Shown here: positions 23,245-37,520 of the stretch, in pieces | Numbering within the stretch: the first letter of the stretch is position 1 | Layout: each line of letters opens with the position of its first letter | Source of the DNA: Alphaproteobacteria bacterium MarineAlpha5_Bin9 | GTDB taxonomy: Bacteria > Pseudomonadota > Alphaproteobacteria > HIMB59 > GCA-002718135 | DNA: 64,000 bases | NCBI GenBank assembly: GCA_002937895.1 | Contig: PTKV01000007.1 | Span: 9,440-73,439 of the forward strand | Reading direction: 5' to 3' | Translations under genes and position numbers: made by a program | The notes under the pieces: generated by a model | Seen by the model: only the letters and a program-made list of their open reading frames with translations | The model's database searches: none | What the model was told of the DNA's origin: nothing

Positions 23245-25400
23245 AAAAAAAGAAGAAAAATACTATTAAAAAGAAAATTTTAAAAAAAATAACAAAAAAG
23301 AAAATTATAAAATCAAAAAAAAATAAAAGCAAAAGTATTAGTAAAAAGAAGAAAAAAACACTTAAAAAAAATAAGACTATTTTAAAGAAAAAAAAGCTAT
23401 CAAAAAAAGAGATAAAAATACAATTACTAAAAAAAGAAAAAGAAAAAGAATTAGCAAAAAAAAATAAATTTGAACTTAAAATACAATCTATAGTTACTAA
23501 AATAATTGAAAAACATAAGGTTGATGGAATATATACATCTAAAATTATTTCTAAGGGAATACCAAAAAAAATAAGAACTGATGAAAATATTTCTATAGTT
23601 CAAAACTTATTACTTAAAAATGGAATTTCAATATTAACTGAAGAAGAGGTAGCTGAATTAAAAAAAGAAAAAGATGAAGCGAATAATCTTCTAAAGAATA
23701 ATGTTACTGAAAAAAGTCAAACTGGTAAAACTGATGATCCAGTAAGATTATATCTCAGAGATATGGGTTCAGTAGAATTATTAAGCAGAGAAGGTGAAAT
23801 AGCAATAGCCAAAAGAATTGAAGCTGGAAGAGAAAAAATGATTGGGGCAATATGTGAAAGTCCCATGACTATAAGATCAATAATTAGTTGGAAAGATTCT
23901 ATTAAAGAAGGAACTATGCTTTTAAGAGATATAGTAGATCTAGAAGCTACTTATGATATGTCTGATATCGGAGTTAAAATTGATGATACCCTTAAAATTA
24001 TTGAAAATGCATCAAAAAAAGAAAATAAAATAGAAGATAAAAAAGAAAAATCAAAAAAAACATCAGCAATAGAAACAGAAGATGAAGAAAAAGATCCTGA
24101 AGAAATAGAAGAAGAGGAAGAAGAGGAAAGTTTAAATGTTTCACTTGCAGCTATGGAAGAAAAACTTAAACCTAAAGTTTTAAAAGATTTTGATGAAATT
24201 ACAAAAAAATTTAAAAAACTACACAAATATAGTCTCGAATTAAGATCGATTAATAAAAAAGAAAATAAAATTTCATCTACAGAAAAAAAATATAAAAAAA
24301 TTCAAAAAGAAATGATTGTTGCGATGAAAGGAGTGCATTTTAATAGTAATACTATTGAAGCCTTAATGGAAAGTTTGTATGAATTAAATAAGAAACTTTT
24401 AATGCGAGAAGGAAGACTTTTAAGATTAGCACTTTCAGTAGGCGTTTCTAGAGAAAGTTTTATACAAAGATATTTAGATTTTGATTTCAAAAAAAATTGG
24501 ATACAATCTTTACTAAATTTAGATGACAAAAAATGGGGAAAATTCGTAAATAAAAACCATATAGAAATAAATAAGATATTAGAAGAAATAAAAGAAATAG
24601 AATTAGCTACAGAATTAGAATTAAATGAATTTAGAAGAATAGTTAATACTGTTCAACAAGGTGAAAGATCTGCTAATCGAGCAAAAAAAGAAATGATAGA
24701 ATCTAATTTAAGATTAGTAATTTCTATAGCAAAAAAATATACAAATAGAGGACTTCAGTTCCTAGATTTGATTCAGGAAGGTAATATTGGATTAATGAAA
24801 GCAGTAGATAAATTTGAATACAGGAGAGGTTATAAGTTTTCAACATATGCAACCTGGTGGATTAGACAGGCAATTACAAGGTCAATAGCAGATCAAGCGA
24901 GAACTATAAGAATCCCAGTCCATATGATTGAGACTATAAACAAAATTGTAAGAACTACTAGACAGATTATGTCTGAAATTGGAAGAGAACCCACTCCTAA
25001 AGAATTAGCAGAGAGATTGCATATGCCTCTAGATAAAATAAAAAAAGTTTTGAAAATAGCTAAAGAACCAATTAGTTTAGAAACCCCAGTTGGAGATGAG
25101 GAAGATAGTTCATTAGGAGATTTTATTGAGGATAAAAATGCAATGGTACCAATTGATGCTGCTGTAAAAAGTTCACTCAGAGATACCACTACAAGAATAT
25201 TATCTTCATTAACTCCAAGAGAAGAGCGAGTTTTAAGAATGCGTTTTGGTATTGGTATGAATAGTGATCACACCTTAGAAGAAGTAGGTCAACAATTTAG
25301 TGTAACAAGAGAGCGTATTAGACAAATTGAGGCAAAAGCTTTAAGAAAGCTTAAACACCCAACTAGAGCAAGAAAACTAAAAACATTTTTAGATGAATAA
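23241..25400 (+). CDS. rpoD: RNA polymerase primary sigma factor with Lys-rich N-terminal extension
   Basis: [58 protein letters not shown] and RERIRQIE motifs. Confidence 0.98.
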   Translation: MKKKKKNTIKKKILKKITKKKIIKSKKNKSKSISKKKKKTLKKNKTILKKKKLSKKEIKIQLLKKEKEKELAKKNKFELKIQSIVTKIIEKHKVDGIYTSKIISKGIPKKIRTDENISIVQNLLLKNGISILTEEEVAELKKEKDEANNLLKNNVTEKSQTGKTDDPVRLYLRDMGSVELLSREGEIAIAKRIEAGREKMIGAICESPMTIRSIISWKDSIKEGTMLLRDIVDLEATYDMSDIGVKIDDTLKIIENASKKENKIEDKKEKSKKTSAIETEDEEKDPEEIEEEEEEESLNVSLAAMEEKLKPKVLKDFDEITKKFKKLHKYSLELRSINKKENKISSTEKKYKKIQKEMIVAMKGVHFNSNTIEALMESLYELNKKLLMREGRLLRLALSVGVSRESFIQRYLDFDFKKNWIQSLLNLDDKKWGKFVNKNHIEINKILEEIKEIELATELELNEFRRIVNTVQQGERSANRAKKEMIESNLRLVISIAKKYTNRGLQFLDLIQEGNIGLMKAVDKFEYRRGYKFSTYATWWIRQAITRSIADQARTIRIPVHMIETINKIVRTTRQIMSEIGREPTPKELAERLHMPLDKIKKVLKIAKEPISLETPVGDEEDSSLGDFIEDKNAMVPIDAAVKSSLRDTTTRILSSLTPREERVLRMRFGIGMNSDHTLEEVGQQFSVTRERIRQIEAKALRKLKHPTRARKLKTFLDE

Positions 25401-26227
25401 TGGAACTAACTTTACTTGGCACTGGATGTCCAAAAGTAGATTATAAGAGATTTGGTCCTTCAAATTTAATTTCTTCAAAATCATCTAAAATTTTAATAGA
25501 TTGTGGCTCTGGTGTTACACAGAGACTTGAGGAATTAAAAATATCTTCATCAGAAATAGATGCTTTATTGCTCACGCATTTGCATTCAGATCATGTTATT
25601 GATTTTTATCAATTGATAATTTCTAGTTGGCATTTAGATAGAAACAAATCATGGAAAATATATGGACCTAAAGGCACTAAGAAATTTTTATATTCATTAA
25701 TGCAGGCTTGGAAAGTTGAAAGAGATCTGAGGATAAGTTATGAAAAACGGTCTTCTACAAAAGCTTTTAATTTAAATGTTAAAGAGTTTAAAAAATTTGG
25801 TGAAATTAAAATTAAAGATATTAACATCAATTATTTTGAAGTTGATCATAAACCTGTAAAATACGCTTATGGATTTAATTTTTTAAGAAAAAACAAAAAA
25901 ATAACTATAAGTGGTGATACAAGACCTTGCGAAAATATTATGAAATATGGGAAATATTCTGATATTTTATTACATGAGGTATTTATAGATGGAGAAATCA
26001 AACCTTCTAAAGGTCTTAAAACAAAAAAAACTCTTCACAATGTGAAAAGTTACCATACTTCATCTAATGAAGTTGGAAAAATAGCAAAAATATGTAAGGC
26101 AAAAAAACTAGTTTTAACTCACTTTGTACCAACTAAGTTTAATGAAAAAAAATTAAAAAATCTTGTTAAAAAAGATTTTGGAAAAACACCTATTATTGGT
26201 AAAGATTTGCTTAAAATTTCTATTTAA
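25400..26227 (+). CDS. MBL-fold hydrolase, RNase Z/AtsA-like
   Basis: LLGTG, IDCG, THLHSDH, SGDT, HE, YHT and LTH motifs; ATG overlaps the rpoD TAA. Confidence 0.85.
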   Translation: MELTLLGTGCPKVDYKRFGPSNLISSKSSKILIDCGSGVTQRLEELKISSSEIDALLLTHLHSDHVIDFYQLIISSWHLDRNKSWKIYGPKGTKKFLYSLMQAWKVERDLRISYEKRSSTKAFNLNVKEFKKFGEIKIKDININYFEVDHKPVKYAYGFNFLRKNKKITISGDTRPCENIMKYGKYSDILLHEVFIDGEIKPSKGLKTKKTLHNVKSYHTSSNEVGKIAKICKAKKLVLTHFVPTKFNEKKLKNLVKKDFGKTPIIGKDLLKISI

Positions 26228-26241
26228 ATTTATAATATTAA

Positions 26242-26270
26242 TTGAATCTTTACATATAGGTGTGTATTAA
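26242..26270 (+). promoter_or_regulatory. Putative sigma70 promoter of the CAT tRNA
   Basis: TTGAAT-17 bp-TATTAA, 10 nt upstream of the tRNA. Confidence 0.45.
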
Positions 26271-26280
26271 CCTTATTTTA

Positions 26281-26357
26281 GGGCCCTTAGCTCAGCTGGT
26301 TAGAGCGCTCCGCTCATAACGGAGTGGTCCGGGGTTCAAGTCCCTGAGGGCCCACCA
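26281..26357 (+). tRNA. tRNA with CAT anticodon, most likely tRNA-Ile2 (lysidine)
   Basis: Acceptor GGGCCCT/AGGGCCC, anticodon arm CTCCG-CTCATAA-CGGAG, encoded CCA. Resembles E. coli ileX, which also follows rpoD; no fMet C1:A72 mismatch. Confidence 0.92.
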
Positions 26358-26389
26358 AAATTTTTTTAAAGATATTTTTAATAGTTGAA

Positions 26390-26992
26390 TTATTTTATTA
26401 TTTTATCGAAACTCAATTCGTTTTGTTTTTTTAGAGAAATATTAAAGTTTTCTAAATCATAATCTACTTTTTTTAACATTGAATTGAATTCAGATCTTTT
26501 TGTGAGAACCAGTGATATATCTGCAACTATTAAATCTATTACAAAAAATCTCCCTTTAGATTCTTTTATCCTCCAAGTAACAACAAAGCTATTATTTTGA
26601 TCTAATATTTCCATATCTATTAATATTAGTTGATTTGATTCATCAATTTCAGTTTTAATTAAATTGTAAGATTGGTCTGCATAACCTTGCATCATAGAAG
26701 CTATGTTAAGAGCGAGATGTTTTTTAAATAATTTTATATATTCTTTTTTTAAGTCTTCATTTGCTGAAGCCCATGCTTTTCCTGCGACAAATTTAGCAAT
26801 TCCGGCTCCAGCAAAGTTTGAATTTACTGTTTTTTCAACTATATTAAACCTTTCTAAATTGCTCAGAGATGAATTTTTGTAAGAATTTAAAATATTATCT
26901 ACTTCTGATTGGAGCCACGTTGTTACTTCTTGAGCTTTTACATAGGTTGTTAATAAGAAAAATATTATTAATGTTTTTTTTATAAATTTCAT
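26390..26992 (-). CDS. mlaC: MlaC/Ttg2D phospholipid-binding protein
   Basis: Signal peptide; VTWRI...FVIDLIVADISLVLTKRSEF C-terminal motif; downstream of mlaA. Confidence 0.85.
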   Translation of the reverse strand: MKFIKKTLIIFFLLTTYVKAQEVTTWLQSEVDNILNSYKNSSLSNLERFNIVEKTVNSNFAGAGIAKFVAGKAWASANEDLKKEYIKLFKKHLALNIASMMQGYADQSYNLIKTEIDESNQLILIDMEILDQNNSFVVTWRIKESKGRFFVIDLIVADISLVLTKRSEFNSMLKKVDYDLENFNISLKKQNELSFDKIIK

Positions 26993-26994
26993 AA

Positions 26995-27783
26995 TTATTC
27001 AAATTCTATACTTATTATTGGAGCCGGGGCAGAAACATTATCTTCCTCATTTCTAATTGCTGCTTTTCTATTTTGATAATAAGAACTTCTTACTGCTGCA
27101 TAATAATCTACAGAGTTGTTTCTTAATGCATTGACTTCATCAATAATTTTTGATCTATAGTCTATTGCATTACCTGTTATTCTATAAGGAATAAACCAGC
27201 CTTGATTTTGATCAATTAAAAAAGAGTTAATAGGATCATATGTATATGTTAAAAAAGTTCCTGCTGCATCTCTAACATTTGAAGGACCAAATATTGGAAG
27301 AACTACATAAAAACCATCTCCAACTCCCCACGCAGCAAGAGTTTGTCCAAAGTCTTCATCTTTCTCTTCAAGACCAACTCTAGAAGCAACATCTACAATT
27401 CCAACTAACCCAATAGTACTATTAATAACAAATCTACCTGTCGATTCTATTGCGTTTCCTCCTTGTCCTTGAAGCACTTGATTTATGATAATCAGAGGCA
27501 TTCTAAGATTACCAAAAAAATTACTAATTCCACTTTGTAAAGGTGAGGGTAATTTTCTATAACCTTTAGCAGTCGGTTCAAGTATTAATTTATCTAAAAC
27601 ATTATTAAAACTAAATATTACTCTATTTAAAGGCTCGAGCGGATCATATACCTCATCTTCAAATGTTGATGTTTCAAAATCATTTGGATAGGTTGTAACG
27701 TTATCTGCTGTTTCAGCAGAAAACAATTGAAAAGAAAATAGAAATAATATTGTAAAAATTGTTTTTTTTAGAAAAATTTTCAT
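26995..27783 (-). CDS. mlaA: VacJ/MlaA family protein
   Basis: YDPLEPLNRVIFSFN, RFVINSTIG, EDFGQTL, VVLPIFGPSNVRD and YAAVRSSYYQNR motifs. Confidence 0.95.
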   Translation of the reverse strand: MKIFLKKTIFTILFLFSFQLFSAETADNVTTYPNDFETSTFEDEVYDPLEPLNRVIFSFNNVLDKLILEPTAKGYRKLPSPLQSGISNFFGNLRMPLIIINQVLQGQGGNAIESTGRFVINSTIGLVGIVDVASRVGLEEKDEDFGQTLAAWGVGDGFYVVLPIFGPSNVRDAAGTFLTYTYDPINSFLIDQNQGWFIPYRITGNAIDYRSKIIDEVNALRNNSVDYYAAVRSSYYQNRKAAIRNEEDNVSAPAPIISIEFE

Positions 27784-27857
27784 AAATTCTATTATATTGT
27801 TTATTACGATTATTATTCTGATGTTATATTAATATAATTAAATTTGGTATATGAAAA

Positions 27858-32902
<5,045 letters not shown>

Positions 32903-32945
32903 TTTTATTCTTATTATTTTATATATCCTTTAAGGTTTAATTTGA

Positions 32946-33677
32946 ATGAAATTAATAGAAAAATATAAATCCAATAATTTCGATAAAAGACAAAAAAATC
33001 TTAATTTGGAATATATAATTATACATTACACAGCTATGCATTCATGCCAAGAAGCATTAAAATTCCTTTGTAATGAAAAAAACAAAGTTAGCTCACATTA
33101 TTTAATATCAAAAAAAGGTCAAATTTATTATCTTGTAGATACGGAAAAAAGAGCTTGGCATGCTGGAGAATCTTATTGGAAAGGAGAAACTGATATTAAC
33201 TCATGCTCAATTGGGATAGAAATTGATAATTCAGGACATATGAATAATTTTGAGCCATACAATAATATTCAGATTAATTCACTACATAAACTATTATCTT
33301 TTTTAAAGAGTGAATTTAAAATTTTAGAGCAAAATATTCTTGGACATTCAGACATTGCTCCTTTTAGAAAACTAGATCCAGGGGAAAAATTCCCATGGGA
33401 TTTTTTATCAAAGTTTGGAATAGTATATATGCCTAAAAAAAATAAGAATATTTCCTTTAATGAAAATATATTAGAAAATATAGATTTTTTAGAAGATTCT
33501 ATAAAAATGCTTGATTTCATAGGGTATGATTTGAGAAATGTCGAGCCAAATTCAACCAAGTTTAAAATGTTAATAAAAGCTTATCAAATGCATTACGTTC
33601 AAAATAATGTTACAGGAAACCTAGATAATTTAACTTTTGAGATAATTAAAAATCAATTCAAAGATATGTTGACCTAA
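32946..33677 (+). CDS. N-acetylmuramoyl-L-alanine amidase (AmiD/AmpD-like)
   Basis: IIHYT, SSHYLI, RAWHAGES, SIGIE and GHSDIAPFRKLDPG motifs. Confidence 0.93.
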   Translation: MKLIEKYKSNNFDKRQKNLNLEYIIIHYTAMHSCQEALKFLCNEKNKVSSHYLISKKGQIYYLVDTEKRAWHAGESYWKGETDINSCSIGIEIDNSGHMNNFEPYNNIQINSLHKLLSFLKSEFKILEQNILGHSDIAPFRKLDPGEKFPWDFLSKFGIVYMPKKNKNISFNENILENIDFLEDSIKMLDFIGYDLRNVEPNSTKFKMLIKAYQMHYVQNNVTGNLDNLTFEIIKNQFKDMLT

Positions 33678-33697
33678 GCTTGATTTTTTAATAATTG
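33669..33697 (+). promoter_or_regulatory. Putative rnpB promoter
   Basis: TTGACC-17 bp-TAATTG, 7 nt before the P1 helix. Confidence 0.5.
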
Positions 33698-33704
33698 CAG
33701 AAAT

Positions 33705-34050
33705 AAGATGGTGCGATGATCGCTTGAGAAATCAAGAGGAAAGTCCGGGCTCCTCTGGAAAATGAAACCAGGTAATTCCTGGCAGGGGCAACCCTAGGGA
33801 AAGTGCAACAGAAAATATACCGCCTTAGTATCTAAGGTAAGGTTGAAATGGTTGAGGTAAGAGCTCACCGCATAATTGGTAACAATTATGGCTATGTAAA
33901 CCCTTTCAGGAGCAAGGCCAAATAGGAATAACATAAATTCCAGTGAAGTTATTCGGGTAGGCTGCTTGAAACAAATGGTGACATTTGTTCTAGATTAATG
34001 ATCATCAAAATTAGAGATAATTTTACAGAACCCGGCTTAAGCACCATCTT
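33705..34050 (+). ncRNA. rnpB: RNase P RNA (type A)
   Basis: GAGGAAAGTCCGGGCTC, GAAAGTGCAACAGAAA, GGTAAGAGC, GAGCAAGGCCAAATAG and ACAGAACCCGGCTTA conserved regions; terminal P1 helix AAGATGGTGC/GCACCATCTT. Confidence 0.97.
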
Positions 34051-34054
34051 TATA

Positions 34055-34070
34055 GAACACAATAGGAACA
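34055..34070 (+). promoter_or_regulatory. Putative LexA (SOS) box, alphaproteobacterial type
   Basis: GAACAcaatagGAACA = GAAC-N7-GAAC, intergenic between rnpB and mraZ. Confidence 0.6.
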
Positions 34071-34084
34071 AAATTTTATACTTT

Positions 34085-34119
34085 CCCATTGACGCCCATA
34101 AAAACCCATGATAACCCAT
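34085..34119. promoter_or_regulatory. Four direct CCCAT repeats (ATGGG on the minus strand) at an exact 10-bp period; putative MraZ operator
   Basis: CCCAT starts at 34085, 34095, 34105 and 34115; resembles the TGGGN MraZ boxes known upstream of mraZ. Confidence 0.75.
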
Positions 34120-34139
34120 ATATAAAGGTTTGGTTTAGG

Positions 34140-34607
34140 GTGAAATTATTTTTATCTACATATGTAAATAAAATAGACAGCAAGGGAAGAATCTCTCTAC
34201 CTTCATCATTTAGAAATATTCTTTCAAAAGAAAATAAAAAAGAAATTATATTATTCAAATCAATAAAATTTGCAGCAATAGATGGTTGTAGCTACGAAAG
34301 AATAAACACAATTTCTGAAAGAATTGACAATTTAGATATTTTTTCAGAAGATCAAGATGATTTTTCTACATCTATTTTTTCTGAAATAGTTCCTACTTCA
34401 TTAGATAAAGAAGGAAGATTCATAATTCCAAATTTTTTAAAAAAACATGCTAATTTAAAAAATGAAGCTGCATTTATAGGTCAAGGTAATTATTTTCAAA
34501 TATGGCATCCTAAGTCAGCTTTAGAAAAACAAAAAGCTTCAAGAGAAAGAATAAAAGCAAATAAAAAAACTCTAACTTCAATATTAATAAACAAAAGCAA
34601 TGACTAA
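34140..34607 (+). CDS. mraZ: Division/cell wall cluster transcriptional repressor MraZ
   Basis: FLSTYVNKIDSKGRISLP, LDKEGRFIIP and GQGNYFQIW motifs. GTG 34140 preferred; the track start at 34089 runs through the operator. Confidence 0.93.
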   Translation: MKLFLSTYVNKIDSKGRISLPSSFRNILSKENKKEIILFKSIKFAAIDGCSYERINTISERIDNLDIFSEDQDDFSTSIFSEIVPTSLDKEGRFIIPNFLKKHANLKNEAAFIGQGNYFQIWHPKSALEKQKASRERIKANKKTLTSILINKSND

Positions 34608-35559
34608 GAGGATTAATAAACATATTCCAGTGATGCTTAATAATATTAAACAATATATTCCTGATGATAGGAAAATTAATGTAATTGATGCAACTTTTGG
34701 TGGAGGAGGATATTCTAAATTTATTCTTAACAGATATGATGTAAACAAATTAATAGCTATTGATAGAGATGACTCTGTAAAAATTTATGCGAAAAAACTT
34801 GAAAAAAATTTTCCAAAAACATTTAAGTTATTAATTGGTCGTTTTAGCAAGATAGATGAATTAGTATTTCAATTTAAAGATAAAATATTTTTTGATCTTA
34901 TAATTTATGATTTAGGACTGTCTTCAAATCAATTAGAAGATCCAAAAAGAGGATTTTCATTTGATTATAGTGGTCCTCTTGATATGAACATGGGATTTTC
35001 AAATATATCTGCATTAAACGTAATTAATGATTTTTCAGAAAAAGAAATATCAGATATCTTATTTAATTATGGTCAGGAAAGATATGCAAAAAAAATTGCG
35101 AAAACTATTATAAAAAAAAGAAAAATCATTCCTATAAACACGACTAAACAACTTCAAGATATAATAAAATCTTGTGTTCCTTATTCAAAAAAAGTTAAAA
35201 TTAATCCTGCTACTAGAAGTTTCCAAGCAATTAGAATTTATGTTAATGATGAATTAAATGAATTAAAAAAATCTTTAGAAAAGGCTGAAAACTTATTATC
35301 AGATAAAGGTAGAATAATTGTAGTTTCTTTCCAAAGCTTAGAAGATAAGATTGTGAAAGATTATTTTAACCGCAAAAGCGGTAAAAAGTGGCGTTCCTCC
35401 CGCCATTACCCGGAGTTAGTAGAAAAAGGTCCAATTACCCTTAAAAACTTAACCAATAAACCTATAAGACCTGACATTGAGGAGATTAATTTAAATTCAA
35501 GATGTCGATCTGCTAAACTTCGGGTAGCTGAAAAATTAGTATTTGAAGAAAGATTATGA
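34600..35559 (+). CDS. rsmH: 16S rRNA m4C1402 methyltransferase
   Basis: HIPVM, DATFGGGG, DLGLSSNQL, FQAIRIYVNDEL and SAKLR motifs. Confidence 0.97.
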   Translation: MTKRINKHIPVMLNNIKQYIPDDRKINVIDATFGGGGYSKFILNRYDVNKLIAIDRDDSVKIYAKKLEKNFPKTFKLLIGRFSKIDELVFQFKDKIFFDLIIYDLGLSSNQLEDPKRGFSFDYSGPLDMNMGFSNISALNVINDFSEKEISDILFNYGQERYAKKIAKTIIKKRKIIPINTTKQLQDIIKSCVPYSKKVKINPATRSFQAIRIYVNDELNELKKSLEKAENLLSDKGRIIVVSFQSLEDKIVKDYFNRKSGKKWRSSRHYPELVEKGPITLKNLTNKPIRPDIEEINLNSRCRSAKLRVAEKLVFEERL

Positions 35560-35867
35560 AATTTTTAAAGATTAGTATTTTTTTAAATGTTTTTAATTTT
35601 ATAATTTTTTTTGCAATATTTTTTTTTGCAAATTTATCTGAAAAAATTCAGAAGGAAAATAATAGAATAAATTTAGACTTAAATTCTCTTAATAATATTT
35701 TAAAATTAAATAAATTAGAACTTTCTGCTCATTTAAACCCAAATTATTTGAAAAAACTAGAAAAAATTTATCTTAATAATACCTACACAGAAAGTTTGAA
35801 CATAGTTGACTTAAATAATGAAAGTTTTTTTTATATAGAAAAGGTTATTAGAGCAAAAACAAATTAA
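35556..35867 (+). CDS. ftsL: FtsL-like cell division protein
   Basis: Small TM plus coiled-coil protein with LSAHLNPNYL, between rsmH and ftsI. Assignment is mainly positional. Confidence 0.65.
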   Translation: MKFLKISIFLNVFNFIIFFAIFFFANLSEKIQKENNRINLDLNSLNNILKLNKLELSAHLNPNYLKKLEKIYLNNTYTESLNIVDLNNESFFYIEKVIRAKTN

Positions 35868-35882
35868 AATTTTAAATTTTAA

Positions 35883-37520
35883 ATGAAAAAAAATATAAAA
35901 ATTTTCGATAGTGATGCTCTTAAAAATATACATGGTAGAGTATTTTTATCTATAACAGTTTTTATTGTATTTTTTTTGTTAGTTTTCATTCAAATATTTA
36001 ATGTAATGATAATACAAAATTATTTTAGTATTGAAAAAAAGATATCAAACAATCATGAAAAAAATAAAATCGATAAAGGAAATATTTTTGATAGAAACGG
36101 AGTATTGTTAGCAAGTACAATTTTAAACTATTCTCTTTATGTAAAACCTGACAAGATTAAGGATATAAAAGGCTTGACAAAAAAATTATCTAAAATTTTA
36201 AATCTTCCTTCTCAAGATTTAAGTAAAAAACTATCATCAAAAAGAAGAATTAGAATTAAAAATAATATTTCTCCAAAACAGCATAAAGAAATAATCAATT
36301 TAGGAGAAATTGCATTAATAACTGAAGTTGAAAAAAAAAGAATTTACCCTCTTGGAGAAATAACTTCTCATATTGTTGGTTTTACAGATCTTGATGGAAA
36401 TGGATTAACTGGAATTGAGAAAGGTCTTGAAGATGAATTAAATTTAGGAAAAGATATTTATTTAAGTATCGATTTTCGAATTCAAAATGTGGTAAGAAAT
36501 GAATTAATTAAATCAATTGAAAAATTTTCAGCACAATCTGCTATTTCTTTGGTGATGGATATACAAACAGGTGAAATTATTTCTCTAGTAAATTATCCAG
36601 ATTTTGATCCAAATATTCATGACATAAAAATGTCTAAATATGAATTTAATTCTGCCACACAAGGTCTCTATGAAATGGGATCAACTTTTAAACCTCTAAC
36701 TATTGCCATGGGATTAGAAAAAAACATAATAAATGACAATATGAAATTTGATGTTTCAAAACCTATTAAAATTGGAAAATATCAAATCCAAGATTTTGAA
36801 CCTTATGAAGGTGAAATTTCTATAAAGGATGTTATTGTTATGTCTTCTAATATAGGAGCAGCAAAAATAGCCTTATTAATCGGTAAGGATAATCAAAGGA
36901 ATTTCTTTGATAAGTTAGGATTTTTTGACAAGATAGATTTAGAAATAAAAGAAACTATTAAGCCCAAGGAACCCATTAATTGGAAAAATACTGAGATTAT
37001 GACTATGGGTTACGGATATGGTATAGCTATTTCCCCTTTACATCTTTGTCAAGCTTATGCATCTATAATAAATGGTAATTCTATCAAACCAACATTAATA
37101 AAAAATAAAAAAACATCTTTAAAAAAATTTTATAAAAAAACTACGTCAAATAGAATTAAAAATTTATTAAGATCTGTAATAATTGAAAATGAAATAACTG
37201 GTAAATTGTCAAATATACCAGGATATGAATTGGCTGGCAAAACAGGAACTGCAGAATATTTTCCAGGATCAGATAAAAATAGAGCTTCGTTTATTGGGGT
37301 TTTTCCTATCTCTCAACCAAAATATTTAGTTTTTGCAATTGTAAATGATCCTAAGGGAATTAAGGAAACTTATTATTATAATACTGGAGGTTGGGTGGCT
37401 GCACCATTAGTAAAAAATATTATTGAAAATATTATTAAAATTTTTTCTTTACCACCAACTTCATCTGAAGATTTGTTGAAAGCAAAAAAACATTCTTTTA
37501 AACAAAATGAAATTATATAA
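35883..37520 (+). CDS. ftsI: Penicillin-binding protein 3
   Basis: N-terminal TM, IFDRNG, EMGSTFK (SxxK), SSN and GKTGTA motifs. Confidence 0.95.
   Translation: MKKNIKIFDSDALKNIHGRVFLSITVFIVFFLLVFIQIFNVMIIQNYFSIEKKISNNHEKNKIDKGNIFDRNGVLLASTILNYSLYVKPDKIKDIKGLTKKLSKILNLPSQDLSKKLSSKRRIRIKNNISPKQHKEIINLGEIALITEVEKKRIYPLGEITSHIVGFTDLDGNGLTGIEKGLEDELNLGKDIYLSIDFRIQNVVRNELIKSIEKFSAQSAISLVMDIQTGEIISLVNYPDFDPNIHDIKMSKYEFNSATQGLYEMGSTFKPLTIAMGLEKNIINDNMKFDVSKPIKIGKYQIQDFEPYEGEISIKDVIVMSSNIGAAKIALLIGKDNQRNFFDKLGFFDKIDLEIKETIKPKEPINWKNTEIMTMGYGYGIAISPLHLCQAYASIINGNSIKPTLIKNKKTSLKKFYKKTTSNRIKNLLRSVIIENEITGKLSNIPGYELAGKTGTAEYFPGSDKNRASFIGVFPISQPKYLVFAIVNDPKGIKETYYYNTGGWVAAPLVKNIIENIIKIFSLPPTSSEDLLKAKKHSFKQNEII

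Noticed and set aside
8295-26357. tRNA 3' ends as prophage or island attachment sites
   Set aside because: I found no duplicated tRNA 3' sequence, integrase or phage gene in the window.
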